DNA of 64,000 nucleotides from positions 29,193 to 93,192 of IMG/VR virus record IMGVR_UViG_3300001487_000106, one strand, 5' to 3'. The notes below the pieces were generated by a model. The model made no database searches and was not told the DNA's origin. It saw only the letters and a list, made by a program, of their open reading frames with translations. Shown one piece after another: positions 18,871-28,829 of the stretch (position 1 is the stretch's first letter; each line of letters starts with the position of its first letter). This DNA comes from a virus. Lineage: Duplodnaviria > Caudoviricetes. A program made the position numbers and the translations under genes.

Positions 18871-20682
18871 ATGGCATTAACATTCATTTCTGAATCCGCT
18901 AAGGATTTCCAGGAGACCGCAACCGTTGGTGGTTTCGGCGCTGGTGTAAAGAACACATTTGATGACATTTTTACTGAGGCTTATAACTCTATGCTTAATA
19001 ACGGTGTCGATATGATGATTGATATCAATCCTATTATTAAGAATAAGGCTAAGCTGAACGCTGTTAAGGAGGCTCTTCTGGGCGAACTTAAGACTGAGTG
19101 CGCTAATATGGATGATCCTGATGGCAGCTATGGTACACACGCTCATCTGTATGAGCAGGTTTCGCAGATGTTTGATAACTGCTGTGAGGATTTCGTCAAG
19201 GAGTCTACCAGAGTTCCTCAGCTTCTGCCTATCAAGGCTATTGATTTCCCCATTCTGATTAAGCAGCAGCTGAAGCTTGCTACTAAGGATATTATTCAGA
19301 CCGAGGTTACAAAGAGCCCTATAATTAAGAAGCATATTGAGCAGACTTATATTGTTGATAACAATGATAAGACTAAGAGATGGAAGTATCCTCAGTGCTT
19401 CTTCACTGACGAATTCAAGGAAGTATATGCAGCAGGTAAGGGTCTTCCTATCAAGAACACTGTTGTCAATCTTCCTGCTGTTGACTTTGATGTAGTTGCT
19501 AATCTGACTGATGCTAATGCTGAGGGTTCAAAGACAAACGCTGCAAGAGAAGAGTTTACTATGGACCTGAAGATCATCAAGTTTGTTGTAGCAGATCCTG
19601 ATGATGATACTAAGACTATTGAAGTACCTCTGAACAGACCTATGAGAATTAACCTCTCTGATAATATGTGGCTCGGTGGTAAGATTGATACCACTGTTAC
19701 TGGTTCTGAAGGTACTGAACTGCACGTTGATGATATCGTTACCGGTGTTGTTGACTTTGTTACTAAGAGGACATCTGTAAACAGCCTGAAGGGTGTTGTT
19801 AAGGGTGTTGTATTTGACGGTTATCTGTCAAATGAAAAGAACGAGAGACACGTAACATTTGATTACGCTCGTGAAGAGATTGAGTGGAAGATTGAAGACG
19901 GTACCAGAGTAAACGTTCCTTATTCTCTCGAGGAGCTTGAGGACGCTAAGGCACTGATGGATATTGACCTCTATAAGAAGACATATAATAACCTCGCAGA
20001 CTATATGACTCAGATGGAAGATTCAACTATTCTTTCATGGCTGGATGAGCAGTTTAATCTGTATGATGGTGTTGAGATTTCTCAGGATGATATCCTTGGT
20101 TGGGGTTCATTTATCACCAAGAGAGTATTTGACTGTGATTCTACTTCACTGACAACTGCTCTGCCTAATGAGTACATTGAGAAGATGCTCAAGTTTAAGA
20201 TTGACAGACTTATCATTGATATCTGTGATAAAGCTAAGCTTGAGGATATGACCTTCGTTATCTACGGTAACCCCAGATTTATTTCTCTGCTGAATCCTGT
20301 AGTAAACTGGATTACAAGACCTGGTTCCACTGCTAACGGCGTAAAGCTTGACTATAGCTATGGTATCATGACATCTGGTGATGTTAAGGTTCAGGTAGTT
20401 TCTACTAAGAAGGTTAATGCTTCGTATGATGAAGAGAAGAAGGAATTTAGCGGTATTCGTATTATTCCTTTCCCGCTCTCTAACGAACAGTTTACATTCA
20501 AGCACTATAAGTATACGACTCATATTCTGACCGCTCAGAACTCTGCTTATCGAGCACCTGATCTGCCTGGTGGTTCAATGACTAACCTGATGGGTGTATC
20601 TAGATATACTAATGCATCTATTCAGGGTATTCAGGCACAGCTTAAGTTTGCTAATGCGGAAGATTATATTAATCTGGATTAA
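18871..20682 (+). CDS. Major capsid protein precursor
   Basis: 603 aa, strongly biased high-expression codon usage, own promoter and terminator, N-terminal propeptide with xxE|S sites, head-gene context of phiKZ/AR9-like phages. Confidence 0.8.
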   Translation: MALTFISESAKDFQETATVGGFGAGVKNTFDDIFTEAYNSMLNNGVDMMIDINPIIKNKAKLNAVKEALLGELKTECANMDDPDGSYGTHAHLYEQVSQMFDNCCEDFVKESTRVPQLLPIKAIDFPILIKQQLKLATKDIIQTEVTKSPIIKKHIEQTYIVDNNDKTKRWKYPQCFFTDEFKEVYAAGKGLPIKNTVVNLPAVDFDVVANLTDANAEGSKTNAAREEFTMDLKIIKFVVADPDDDTKTIEVPLNRPMRINLSDNMWLGGKIDTTVTGSEGTELHVDDIVTGVVDFVTKRTSVNSLKGVVKGVVFDGYLSNEKNERHVTFDYAREEIEWKIEDGTRVNVPYSLEELEDAKALMDIDLYKKTYNNLADYMTQMEDSTILSWLDEQFNLYDGVEISQDDILGWGSFITKRVFDCDSTSLTTALPNEYIEKMLKFKIDRLIIDICDKAKLEDMTFVIYGNPRFISLLNPVVNWITRPGSTANGVKLDYSYGIMTSGDVKVQVVSTKKVNASYDEEKKEFSGIRIIPFPLSNEQFTFKHYKYTTHILTAQNSAYRAPDLPGGSMTNLMGVSRYTNASIQGIQAQLKFANAEDYINLD

Positions 20683-20710
20683 TGCAGTTGTAAAAAATGA
20701 TTTATAAGTA

Positions 20711-20746
20711 AAATAGAGAGTACAGTTTCTGTACTCTCTATTTTTT
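20711..20746 (+). terminator. Intrinsic terminator of the capsid gene
   Basis: aaatagagagtacag / ctgtactctctattt. Confidence 0.85.
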
Positions 20747-20767
20747 ATCAAATTTCTATCAAAAACC

Positions 20768-20855
20768 AATAACCTCATGGGTACTAACGCTGCTGTTCAA
20801 GGGTATTCAGGCACAGCTTAAGTTCGCTAACGTTGAGACTTATATTGAGATATAA
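20768..20855 (+). pseudogene. Degenerate second copy of the 3' end of the major capsid gene
   Basis: Aligns to 20581-20682 (shared gggtattcaggcacagcttaagtt) with a 12-nt deletion, a 1-nt insertion and several synonymous changes. Confidence 0.85.
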
Positions 20856-20896
20856 TTGTGCGTTAATAATTTACTCCGAATTTTTATAAAAAAAAT

Positions 20897-20925
20897 AAGC
20901 CCGACACATATCAAGTGTCGGGCTT
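20897..20925 (-). terminator. Intrinsic terminator for 20930-21286
   Basis: aagcccgacac / gtgtcgggctt, preceded by an A run on the + strand. Confidence 0.8.
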
Positions 20926-20929
20926 CATC

Positions 20930-21286
20930 TCATTCAGACTGACATCTCTTATGCCAGTCTGGTATAAGAGATGTCATTTCGGTAACTGAGAATCCTTTTC
21001 TCTTTATTTTTGTGTATCTTCTATACACAAAAATAAATTTCTCATAATCAGGGTCTTTGAAACCTGCCCCGCAGGTTCTACCTATATCTTCTGCGAGGTC
21101 TAAAATACGCCCAGTTACCACCCCAGGCATGTCATTCTTCAGCCCTGAATAGAAAAGCCTTATCGCTACCTCTAAATTCTCATACTCAGGTGGATCTACA
21201 AATGCCTGGATAGCCATGGATAACCAGTAGCTTCTCCAGTATTTCTCTGTTTTTCTATTAGCTTTTTTTATTTGTCTTTTATTCAT
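20930..21286 (-). CDS. Hypothetical early protein
   Basis: 118 aa, RBS gaggagg, own promoter and terminator. Confidence 0.8.
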   Translation of the reverse strand: MNKRQIKKANRKTEKYWRSYWLSMAIQAFVDPPEYENLEVAIRLFYSGLKNDMPGVVTGRILDLAEDIGRTCGAGFKDPDYEKFIFVYRRYTKIKRKGFSVTEMTSLIPDWHKRCQSE

Positions 21287-21384
21287 AATAAATCCTCCTC
21301 AGGATTATTTCGTTTTTCTGACAAGGGATAACGAAACAGACTTGACATGTCTGAAAGAACCCTTTTATTTATTTTCACTAAGAT

Positions 21385-21443
21385 ATTATATAAACAAAAA
21401 AAAACGATTTACGGGGAACGTACTAAAAAATGGAATATACAAT
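21385..21443 (-). repeat. Promoter-containing direct repeat, copy 1 (CCGTAAA-N15-TATATAAT on the minus strand)
   Basis: tatataaacaaaaaaaa...tttacggggaacgtactaaaaaatggaatatacaat is nearly identical to 21992-22050. Confidence 0.85.
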
Positions 21444-21471
21444 TTCTTGAGATAAAAACAAGTATATATAA

Positions 21472-21516
21472 AAAAAAGAACGCTGTGTAAGATTGAATCT
21501 TACACAGCGTTCTTTT
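21472..21516. terminator. Bidirectional intrinsic terminator
   Basis: aaaaagaacgctgtgtaagatt / aatcttacacagcgttcttttt. Confidence 0.85.
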
Positions 21517-21569
21517 TACCAGAAGCACCACATGTAACGCGGTTGAAACCCATGCAGCGCTTCTAAACA

Positions 21570-21824
21570 TTAGAGAAGCTCTCTGAGCTTCTCTATTCCC
21601 TTTATGAATCCTATATCAGGCACCTCCTCAAGGTTTGAAATCAGAGCGTTAATGACCGATTCAAAACTTTCTTCAGTCAGCTGATCTCCTATGGGATCAG
21701 CGATTGAATTTGCGGCTGCTAAGATAGCGCAATCAGTATTAGATTGAAGTGATAACAAATCATAATAGAAGAGGTCCATGATGATGTCGTGAGCTCTGTT
21801 TGCTCTACCAACTATATTTTTCAT
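21570..21824 (-). CDS. Hypothetical early protein (84 aa)
   Basis: RBS aggagg favours ATG at 21824 (MKNIVGRAN) over 21884. Confidence 0.75.
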   Translation of the reverse strand: MKNIVGRANRAHDIIMDLFYYDLLSLQSNTDCAILAAANSIADPIGDQLTEESFESVINALISNLEEVPDIGFIKGIEKLRELL

Positions 21825-21991
21825 ATTATTAGTGCCTCCTAGCACAATACTTTGTTTTTGTGACAAGAGTAAACAAAGGAACATAGAAAGTTCGAAAAAC
21901 TCTTTTAAATAATTTTTATGTAATCTTCTTATAATAACTAACTCAACGCCTTCGATATGAAGTTGATGCTATTATTTGATTACACTGAGAT

Positions 21992-22050
21992 AGTATATAA
22001 ACAAAAAAAATCACTTTACGGGGAACGTACTAAAAAATGGAATATACAAT
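21992..22050 (-). repeat. Promoter-containing direct repeat, copy 2 (CCGTAAA-N15-TATATACT)
   Basis: Near-identical to 21385-21443. Confidence 0.85.
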
Positions 22051-22069
22051 AATATAAAGAAATCCTTAT

Positions 22070-23335
22070 ATGAAAGGAGTGTCATACACTTTGAAAATAA
22101 ATCTCAACAAAGACAAATTCAAAGAAATAGATAATGCATTTTCAGTCTTAATAGAAGACCCGCATAATAAAGCAGCTCTTGAAATTATAGAGAAATCTCT
22201 TACTGAATGTTTTAAAGGAAAATTTACTATCAATGTAGTTAGCCCTACCAATGGTAAAATGTCTCCATTTTTTATTATGTCAGTATTTCCTGAGATGGAT
22301 ACTGTTAGTAAAATAATAAATGTAGTATCATCAGATGGTAATAAAAAAGATGATATTATAAGAAAGATATGGGAAAAGAATACAAACTGGGTTATAGAAA
22401 TTGACGAACGTATTTTTAATAAAACTGTGATAGAATTTACTCCCACAGAACTAACAGCTTTATTAATGCATGAGATTGGTCATGTAGTATTCTCTAATTC
22501 TGTACCATACAGAGTAACGACTGTTCTTCAATATGAGATTGCCCAGTCACATATGGAAAATAAAATATTACTTAAAGATCAATTCTTTAGGAAAATTTTA
22601 TCTCTTCCTATTCTTAATGCTTGTGTAGCTGACGGTAAATCAAAGGATTCAATTAAATTTGAATTAAAAGCTGATAAGTTTGCTAAGAAAATGGGATATA
22701 GCAAAGAATTATTTAGTGTATTGAATAAATTACTCAAATCTAATATGTATCCCAAGGGTAATCCTGATAAAGATATGGCAGCTATTACAAAATTTTCTAT
22801 GGAAACTATTGATCAGCTCAGAACACGTCAAGATCAACTAATGAAAAGAAATCTTATATCACTTAAGAAAGAATGTGCTAGTCCGTATATTGAAAGTGTT
22901 ATAACTGATTTCTATAATACATTTTTTCAGGAGCATGAAGATAGTTCAATGAGCAGTGAAAAGAAACTTCGCTGCATGAATGAAAGAGTTGAATATCTTA
23001 TATATACAACAGAGAGTCTTTTAACGCGAAAACTGGAAAAAATTGATCCTGCGACTTTTGATTATATAGATATAAAGATTCAAGAAATTAAATCTGAGTC
23101 TGATAAGATGATGATAGTAAGTTATATTCATAGTAAGTTAGATATAGTTGAATATTATATATCTATACTTAATGACCCAAAACTTTCGAAGAAATACATC
23201 ATACCATATTCTATTGAACAACTTGAAATGATTAAAAAGAAGCTACTTCAGTCTAGAGCTAATGCAATGGCATTTAGAATTCCCGAAAGACAGAGAGGAC
23301 TATTAATTGCATGGCCCGAAAACTATGATGGGTAA
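22070..23335 (+). CDS. Zincin-motif (HExxH) protein, probably virion-associated
   Basis: ELTALLMHEIGH and downstream ELKADKFA, typical of M48-like zincins; the start may be slightly downstream, after gaaaggag. Confidence 0.65.
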   Translation: MKGVSYTLKINLNKDKFKEIDNAFSVLIEDPHNKAALEIIEKSLTECFKGKFTINVVSPTNGKMSPFFIMSVFPEMDTVSKIINVVSSDGNKKDDIIRKIWEKNTNWVIEIDERIFNKTVIEFTPTELTALLMHEIGHVVFSNSVPYRVTTVLQYEIAQSHMENKILLKDQFFRKILSLPILNACVADGKSKDSIKFELKADKFAKKMGYSKELFSVLNKLLKSNMYPKGNPDKDMAAITKFSMETIDQLRTRQDQLMKRNLISLKKECASPYIESVITDFYNTFFQEHEDSSMSSEKKLRCMNERVEYLIYTTESLLTRKLEKIDPATFDYIDIKIQEIKSESDKMMIVSYIHSKLDIVEYYISILNDPKLSKKYIIPYSIEQLEMIKKKLLQSRANAMAFRIPERQRGLLIAWPENYDG

Positions 23336-23399
23336 AAAATATTATTGAAAAAAAAATGACAATAATATAAATATTTTTTAATAAGGAGTGTTTATAACC

Positions 23400-24251
23400 A
23401 TGAAAGAATTATCTATTTATGAAAAAGAATTCGATATTAACCTCGGTAAGATTAATACATTCTTTGAATATGCTTTCGGTGTTTATGCTGCCGAGTCTGC
23501 TATATATTCAGAAAGTGTCATATATGAAGGTACCGCTGAGGTTAAAGAAAAGATTAAGAAAACATTTGATGCTATAATTAAGGCTATTCGTGAATTTATC
23601 AATAAGTGTATTGCATCTATTCGAGAAAAGATGGCTGAAGCAAAACTGAAAAAAGGTTTTAAAGAATTTAATAAGATTAAAAAAGAACAGCTCAAGAATA
23701 TGGTTACAAGAGGAACAATGAGCAAGACTGCAGCCAAAAATGTAATAAAAATGATAAAAAATGCTGAAGATGCTTATGTTAAAATATCACGATTAACCGA
23801 AAAGTGTTCAGCTGCTATTTTAAATAGTTCATCCGTTTCTGAAGCTGGTGAAATATTTAATAAGTATGAAAAAGAGTGTGATTCTATTCTTAAATCAGAA
23901 CAAATTGGTGCTGATGTTGCAGCATTTATCAACTGGAAATCTAGTGATTGGGAGTCTATTGGAATATACTGCGATATGTCAATCATTGAAGAGAATAATA
24001 AACGTTTATCAGCTATTATGGAAGATGCAGATAAACATATTTCTAATTTACGAAAACAAGCAGAATCTAAAGTTGATGATGCTGAGATTGATGAATCCGG
24101 TACAGCTAATGAAAAGATAAGTGTAATACAAAAGATTACTGCTAAATTTTCTGAATTTGTAAAGAAAATTTCAAGCTTTTTAACACGTATAACAATAAAT
24201 ATCATGAATGGAATTAATAAGGTTTTAACTGAAAGAAAAACTAGATCATAA
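23400..24251 (+). CDS. Putative internal head protein
   Basis: RBS aaggag favours ATG 23400; N-terminal cluster of xxE|S/G sites (AAES, YSES, IYEG); helical. Confidence 0.55.
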   Translation: MKELSIYEKEFDINLGKINTFFEYAFGVYAAESAIYSESVIYEGTAEVKEKIKKTFDAIIKAIREFINKCIASIREKMAEAKLKKGFKEFNKIKKEQLKNMVTRGTMSKTAAKNVIKMIKNAEDAYVKISRLTEKCSAAILNSSSVSEAGEIFNKYEKECDSILKSEQIGADVAAFINWKSSDWESIGIYCDMSIIEENNKRLSAIMEDADKHISNLRKQAESKVDDAEIDESGTANEKISVIQKITAKFSEFVKKISSFLTRITINIMNGINKVLTERKTRS

Positions 24252-24261
24252 TTGTATAAAA

Positions 24262-24300
24262 GAATAAGCTAAGAGAATTTAATTCTCTTAGCTTATTTTT
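24262..24300. terminator. Terminator between convergent genes
   Basis: aataagctaagagaat / attctcttagcttatt. Confidence 0.8.
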
Positions 24301-24364
24301 ATTTAGTAACCACAAGTTATATAAATTAATTAAAAAAGTTTTTATTACTTATTTAATCAATTTT

Positions 24365-25093
24365 TTATAAATTAAATTTCTCCAACTTCTTTTCACGTTT
24401 ATCTATTTCATATCTATATTTTTCTAAGTCATCTTTAGTTTCTCTGTAAATTTTATACAGTCTTTCTCTTGATTGTTTTAAACGGGTTATCGTAGTATTA
24501 TATACGTCATTTACTAATTCAAATTCATCAGGACCTATCTTATTCCTCGTGTTATTAATTTCTTTCTCATTTTCATCAAGCTCTTTTTTGACTTTTTCAA
24601 GTAATTCTCTAGCAACAGTATAATTCTTACTATACATCTCTAATTCTTTCTGAAGTTGTTTAATCAAATCTGCGTCATCATTTCTAGATTTTTCAAGTTC
24701 ATCTTGTTTTCTTTTTTTCTCTTTCTCTCGTTCTAATCTTTCTTTTTCACGCTCATTTCTTTCTTTTTCATCGTGCTCATGCCACCATTTAATTTGATTT
24801 TCATTTTTTCTATCTTCTGCTTTTAACTGGTCTAGACGATGCTTTACAGCTATACCAGCAGCAACACCAATACCAACACCTATACCTATCTTTTCATTTC
24901 TTGACTTTTTATACATTTCATATTTCTTTTTCTCGGCTTCAGTAAGTTTCTCCTTCTTCTTTATCTTTTCTTTTATTCTTTTTATTTCCTCTTTATTCGT
25001 ATTACTTGCTTCTAATAAAAGTAGCATCTTATCTTCACTTAATTTACCTTCATTGTATTTTTCAAATATGATATCATCAATAATATTAAACAT
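24365..25093 (-). CDS. Coiled-coil protein with a short hydrophobic segment, probably virion-associated
   Basis: IGIGVGIGVAAGIAV segment, LLEAS site, late promoter at 25125-25137 (minus). Confidence 0.6.
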   Translation of the reverse strand: MFNIIDDIIFEKYNEGKLSEDKMLLLLEASNTNKEEIKRIKEKIKKKEKLTEAEKKKYEMYKKSRNEKIGIGVGIGVAAGIAVKHRLDQLKAEDRKNENQIKWWHEHDEKERNEREKERLEREKEKKRKQDELEKSRNDDADLIKQLQKELEMYSKNYTVARELLEKVKKELDENEKEINNTRNKIGPDEFELVNDVYNTTITRLKQSRERLYKIYRETKDDLEKYRYEIDKREKKLEKFNL

Positions 25094-25124
25094 TAAGTAA
25101 TCAGTCCTTTCAAGTATAATAACT

Positions 25125-25137
25125 TTATCAATTTGTT
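25125..25137 (-). promoter_or_regulatory. Late promoter AACA-N6-TAA
   Basis: Minus strand aaca aattga taa. Confidence 0.7.
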
Positions 25138-25200
25138 TTTTTTTTGTGTATAAATATGAAAATTATCTAATACACTTCTTTAAAATTTTTTAAATAGGAA

Positions 25201-26139
25201 GTGTATAATATGTATATTGATAAAAATACTAAAAATAAAACATTTCAGAATATGTTTTATGAACTACAGGATAAAGGAGTAAACTATGTTGGTTCATCAG
25301 AAATACTCAAAACTGAGAATAAATCGTTACTAAATTTTGATTATCAAAATATGCCAGAATCAGACCCAATATCTGGACGAAGTTATTATGATATGATTCT
25401 ATCAGAATGTAAAAAAAATATATGGTTTTTCTTTAGAGAGATTGTACGTATACCAATTATAGGGCAAGATAGTACGTATGATCATTCAATGCAGTTTCCT
25501 CTAAATAAAACGTCATTACTCATGATTTGGTGTTACGAAAATAAGATACCTTTTTTTGTAGTTGGTGATACAAAGAAATCAGAAATGCGAATCGTAACGC
25601 TACAGTTACTTTGTCTTTATGATTTTTTGTTTCATTATAACAGTACACCATATATGCACATCATAACCGATGAAAATGATGTTGTAAATCATCTTAGTGA
25701 TCTACAGGATGATTTTGAAACATATTCAAGCATTAATAGCGCTGTAATACCAAGACTACTTACTATGAATTTCTATCACGCTGTTACTGCAGGAAATATA
25801 AATAAATCTTTATCTTGTGGGATTGACAATATCAATTTTAAAAATGATGATGAGACAAAATATTTTGGAAACTATTTTGGATTCTCTGTGGGTAAAAACA
25901 AACATCTTTGTAAGATTTTAAGTACACTTAAGAAAACTATGCCAAATGATACTCATATAGCATTTGAAGCTAATATTCATGATATATGCGATAGTGATAT
26001 TGGATATTATATTCTTGATTTGATGCCTAAGATTACAACTGAATATATATCAAAAGAAGACGATGGTGAAAAGTTTACACATCAGCATTTTATTCAGAAT
26101 CATTTGAGAAATAGTATATGTGTGATAATTGATGAATAG
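25201..26139 (+). CDS. Degenerate paralog of the terminase large-subunit N-terminal region
   Basis: ILSECKKNIWFFFREIVRIP vs terminase IMTECMRNPWYYLREISRIP; no intact Walker A or B. Confidence 0.6.
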   Translation: MYNMYIDKNTKNKTFQNMFYELQDKGVNYVGSSEILKTENKSLLNFDYQNMPESDPISGRSYYDMILSECKKNIWFFFREIVRIPIIGQDSTYDHSMQFPLNKTSLLMIWCYENKIPFFVVGDTKKSEMRIVTLQLLCLYDFLFHYNSTPYMHIITDENDVVNHLSDLQDDFETYSSINSAVIPRLLTMNFYHAVTAGNINKSLSCGIDNINFKNDDETKYFGNYFGFSVGKNKHLCKILSTLKKTMPNDTHIAFEANIHDICDSDIGYYILDLMPKITTEYISKEDDGEKFTHQHFIQNHLRNSICVIIDE

Positions 26140-26182
26140 AACAAAATTATAAAAAGTACCTCCGAAGTTTTATCTTCATATT

Positions 26183-26229
26183 TAAACGATACGAATGGAC
26201 TGACATACCATTCGTATCGTTTATTTTTT
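26183..26229 (+). terminator. Intrinsic terminator
   Basis: taaacgatacgaatgg / ccattcgtatcgttta plus T run. Confidence 0.8.
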
Positions 26230-26279
26230 AAGCATGAATACTTTATTATAATCAATATTTTTTGAAAGGAGAAAAAAAT

Positions 26280-28011
26280 ATGGCTAAATCTCGTATTGCA
26301 AGAATAGGTGATAAGTTATATGACTTAGGAACACAGAATAGGTCATTTTTACAGGTTGCAAAAGATTTACAAACAGTTGGAATCAAAAATTGCTATTTTA
26401 TGCTTGAAATATATGATTATAGTTTGGTAAATATTGACCCGTTTTCTGTTGGACCCGATGGCCATACTAATTTAACACAAGATCAAATAACTAGAATTAT
26501 GACAGAATGTATGAGAAATCCTTGGTATTATCTTCGTGAAATATCTAGAATTCCTGATCCAGGTGGTACTGCTGTGCCATATAAGGCAAATAGGGGTAAT
26601 ATTGCACAGGCATGGTGTATTTTACATGGTTTAGACTCATGGTTAAATTTAACACGTCAACAAGGTAAAACACAGTCAGCAATTGCTATGGAAACATGGA
26701 TGTACTCATTTGGTACTTCGCAATCTCAATTTATATATATAAATAAATCGGGTGAAGATAGTAAAACAAATCTTAAGAGAACTGGTGACCAAATAAGATT
26801 TTTACCTGAATATTTAAGATTTGAATCATTTACTGATGATGATGGCAAGGTTACAAAAGCAACTAATAATGCTACAAAAATGGGACATCCTATAAATGGT
26901 AATACTATTATTACTAAAGCTAAAGCAACATCATATGATACTGCATTATCATTGGCTAGAGGTCTTACATCGCCAATACAACATTTTGATGAGGCTGAGT
27001 TTACACCTCATATAAAAACTATAGTAGCAAACTCGGTATCTACATATGAAACTGCAGCAGCTAGAGCTAAAGCGAATGGTGCTATGTATGCTCGTATATT
27101 TACTAGCACACCTGGAGATCTTGATTCACCTGCTGGTCAAGAGGCACAGGAAATTTTAGATAAGACTGCTAAATGGACCGAACGTCTTTATGATATGACT
27201 GAAGAAGAAATACAGGAATACATAGATTCACAAGGTAAAGATTGTAACAAGATTCTTTATATAGAATATCAGTATTATCAAATAGGATTAACTGAAGATT
27301 GGTTAAAAAATATATCTGCTAAAATTGGAGATCCCTTAACAGTAAGACGTGAAATACTACTTCAAAGATTACACGGTTCATCACTTTCTCCATTTAATCA
27401 AGAAGATATTCAATATCTTATTGAGATTGCTCATAAACCAATAGATGAAATGTGGTTACTTGAATATTATAGATTTGATATATACAAAAAACTTAATCCA
27501 CGTATAACTTATCTTATCGGCGTCGACTGTTCAACGGGAACTAACGGAGATAATAATGCTATTACAATATTGAATCCATATACGTTAGAAGTGGAAGCTG
27601 AATTTGAATGTTCATATATTGGTGAAACAAAATTTGAAGCATTACTTATAGAACTAATAGGTATTTTACCTAGAGCAGTATTATGTATCGAAAGAAATAG
27701 TGTTGGTGATTCCATTATAGACCATCTTCTTAATAGTAAAATACGTGCAAATCTTTATTATGATAGAGCTAAAGATTTAGTTGAAGATAATGCTATAGCA
27801 TCTGGTACTATTGAATCTATGCTTAAAAAACAAGCATCAATGAAATCATATTATGGAGTCTATACAGGTACTAAATCTCGTGAAGATATGATGGCTATTC
27901 TAGTAAGACATGTCCAAGAATATAAAGAAAAATTTATTACTCAAAACATAACAAGAGATATATCAAGATTGATAAGAACATCATCTGGTAAAATTGAGGC
28001 AGGACCCGGTT
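26280..28011 (+). CDS. terL: Terminase large subunit, exon 1
   Basis: Walker A TRQQGKT, Walker B HFDEAEF, FTST, nuclease IGVD and CIERN; ends ...EAGPG plus one T. Confidence 0.9.
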
Positions 28012-28380
28012 CAAAAAATCAAAAATTAAAAAGCATTCATCATGAGGACCGGGATAAACTCCTTTAATTGCGGGGAACTCTCGTTAGGTCTTAACTACTA
28101 AACTAATATTTATATTAGTGGCGAAGGGTAACTCCTTAGGTATAGTAAAAAGGTTAAGAATAGAGACAATCCGCAGCCAAGGCTCTTATTAAGAGCAAGG
28201 TTCAACGACTATCGAAAGCATAGCTTAAGAGAAATACTTAAGTAAAGAAGTGAGTAGAGTAGTGCCTATTTATAGGTTAGTTTTATGGTGATATTAGCCA
28301 TAAGTAATTCTATTAAAACGAAATGGGGAGCTCTTCATATTTGGTAATAGAATATGAAGATGATGATATAGTCTATATTG
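28012..28380 (+). mobile_element. Group I intron, ORF-less, 369 nt
   Basis: P1 CCCGGUU/GACCGGG(28047-53) with U-G at the splice site; P10 CATCATGAG with 3' exon TTCATGATG; P7 GACTA...TAGTC; terminal G; splicing restores GPG-F-HDD. Confidence 0.92.
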
Positions 28381-28778
28381 TTCATGATGACTCTGTAATG
28401 AGCTATCTAATGTGCCTTTATGTTTATTATCATGGTAATAATCTCCCTGTATTTGGAATTATTAAAGGTAAATTAAACGAAGATGAACAAAATAAAGGAT
28501 TGAAACATGCCTCTGAAATCGATCCATCATTAGTTGATCCTAGGTTGATAGAGTCTGTAAAAAAACAAGAGCAACAGATAGCTCAACAGGAACAATGGAA
28601 ACAGTTAATGAAAGAGGCTGCTATTAAAGCACAGAAAGATACGTATAAACTGGTAAAAGCTGGTGAAATTCAAAACACGGTTTATAATAACACACCTGGA
28701 GAAATAATCGAACAGATGGACGATGATACAAATGGTTCTATAGATTTGAGCTTTTTCAATAGTATAAACGGATTTTAA
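28381..28778 (+). CDS. terL: Terminase large subunit, exon 2
   Basis: Supplies the catalytic HDD motif (F-HDDSVMSYL), in frame after splicing. Confidence 0.88.
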
Positions 28779-28781
28779 CAA

Positions 28782-28829
28782 AAAAAAGATACAATATAAT
28801 CTTTACTCTCGATTATATTGTATCTTTTT
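28782..28829. terminator. Bidirectional intrinsic terminator
   Basis: aaaaagatacaatataatc / gattatattgtatcttttt. Confidence 0.85.

Noticed and set aside
20768-20855. DGR template repeat for the capsid C-terminus
   Set aside because: Differences are not adenine-specific, include indels, and no reverse transcriptase is visible
28323-28380. Listed N-terminus MGSSSYLV... of the 151-aa ORF and the SKNQKLK... tail of the 601-aa ORF
   Set aside because: Both lie inside the group I intron and are removed by splicing
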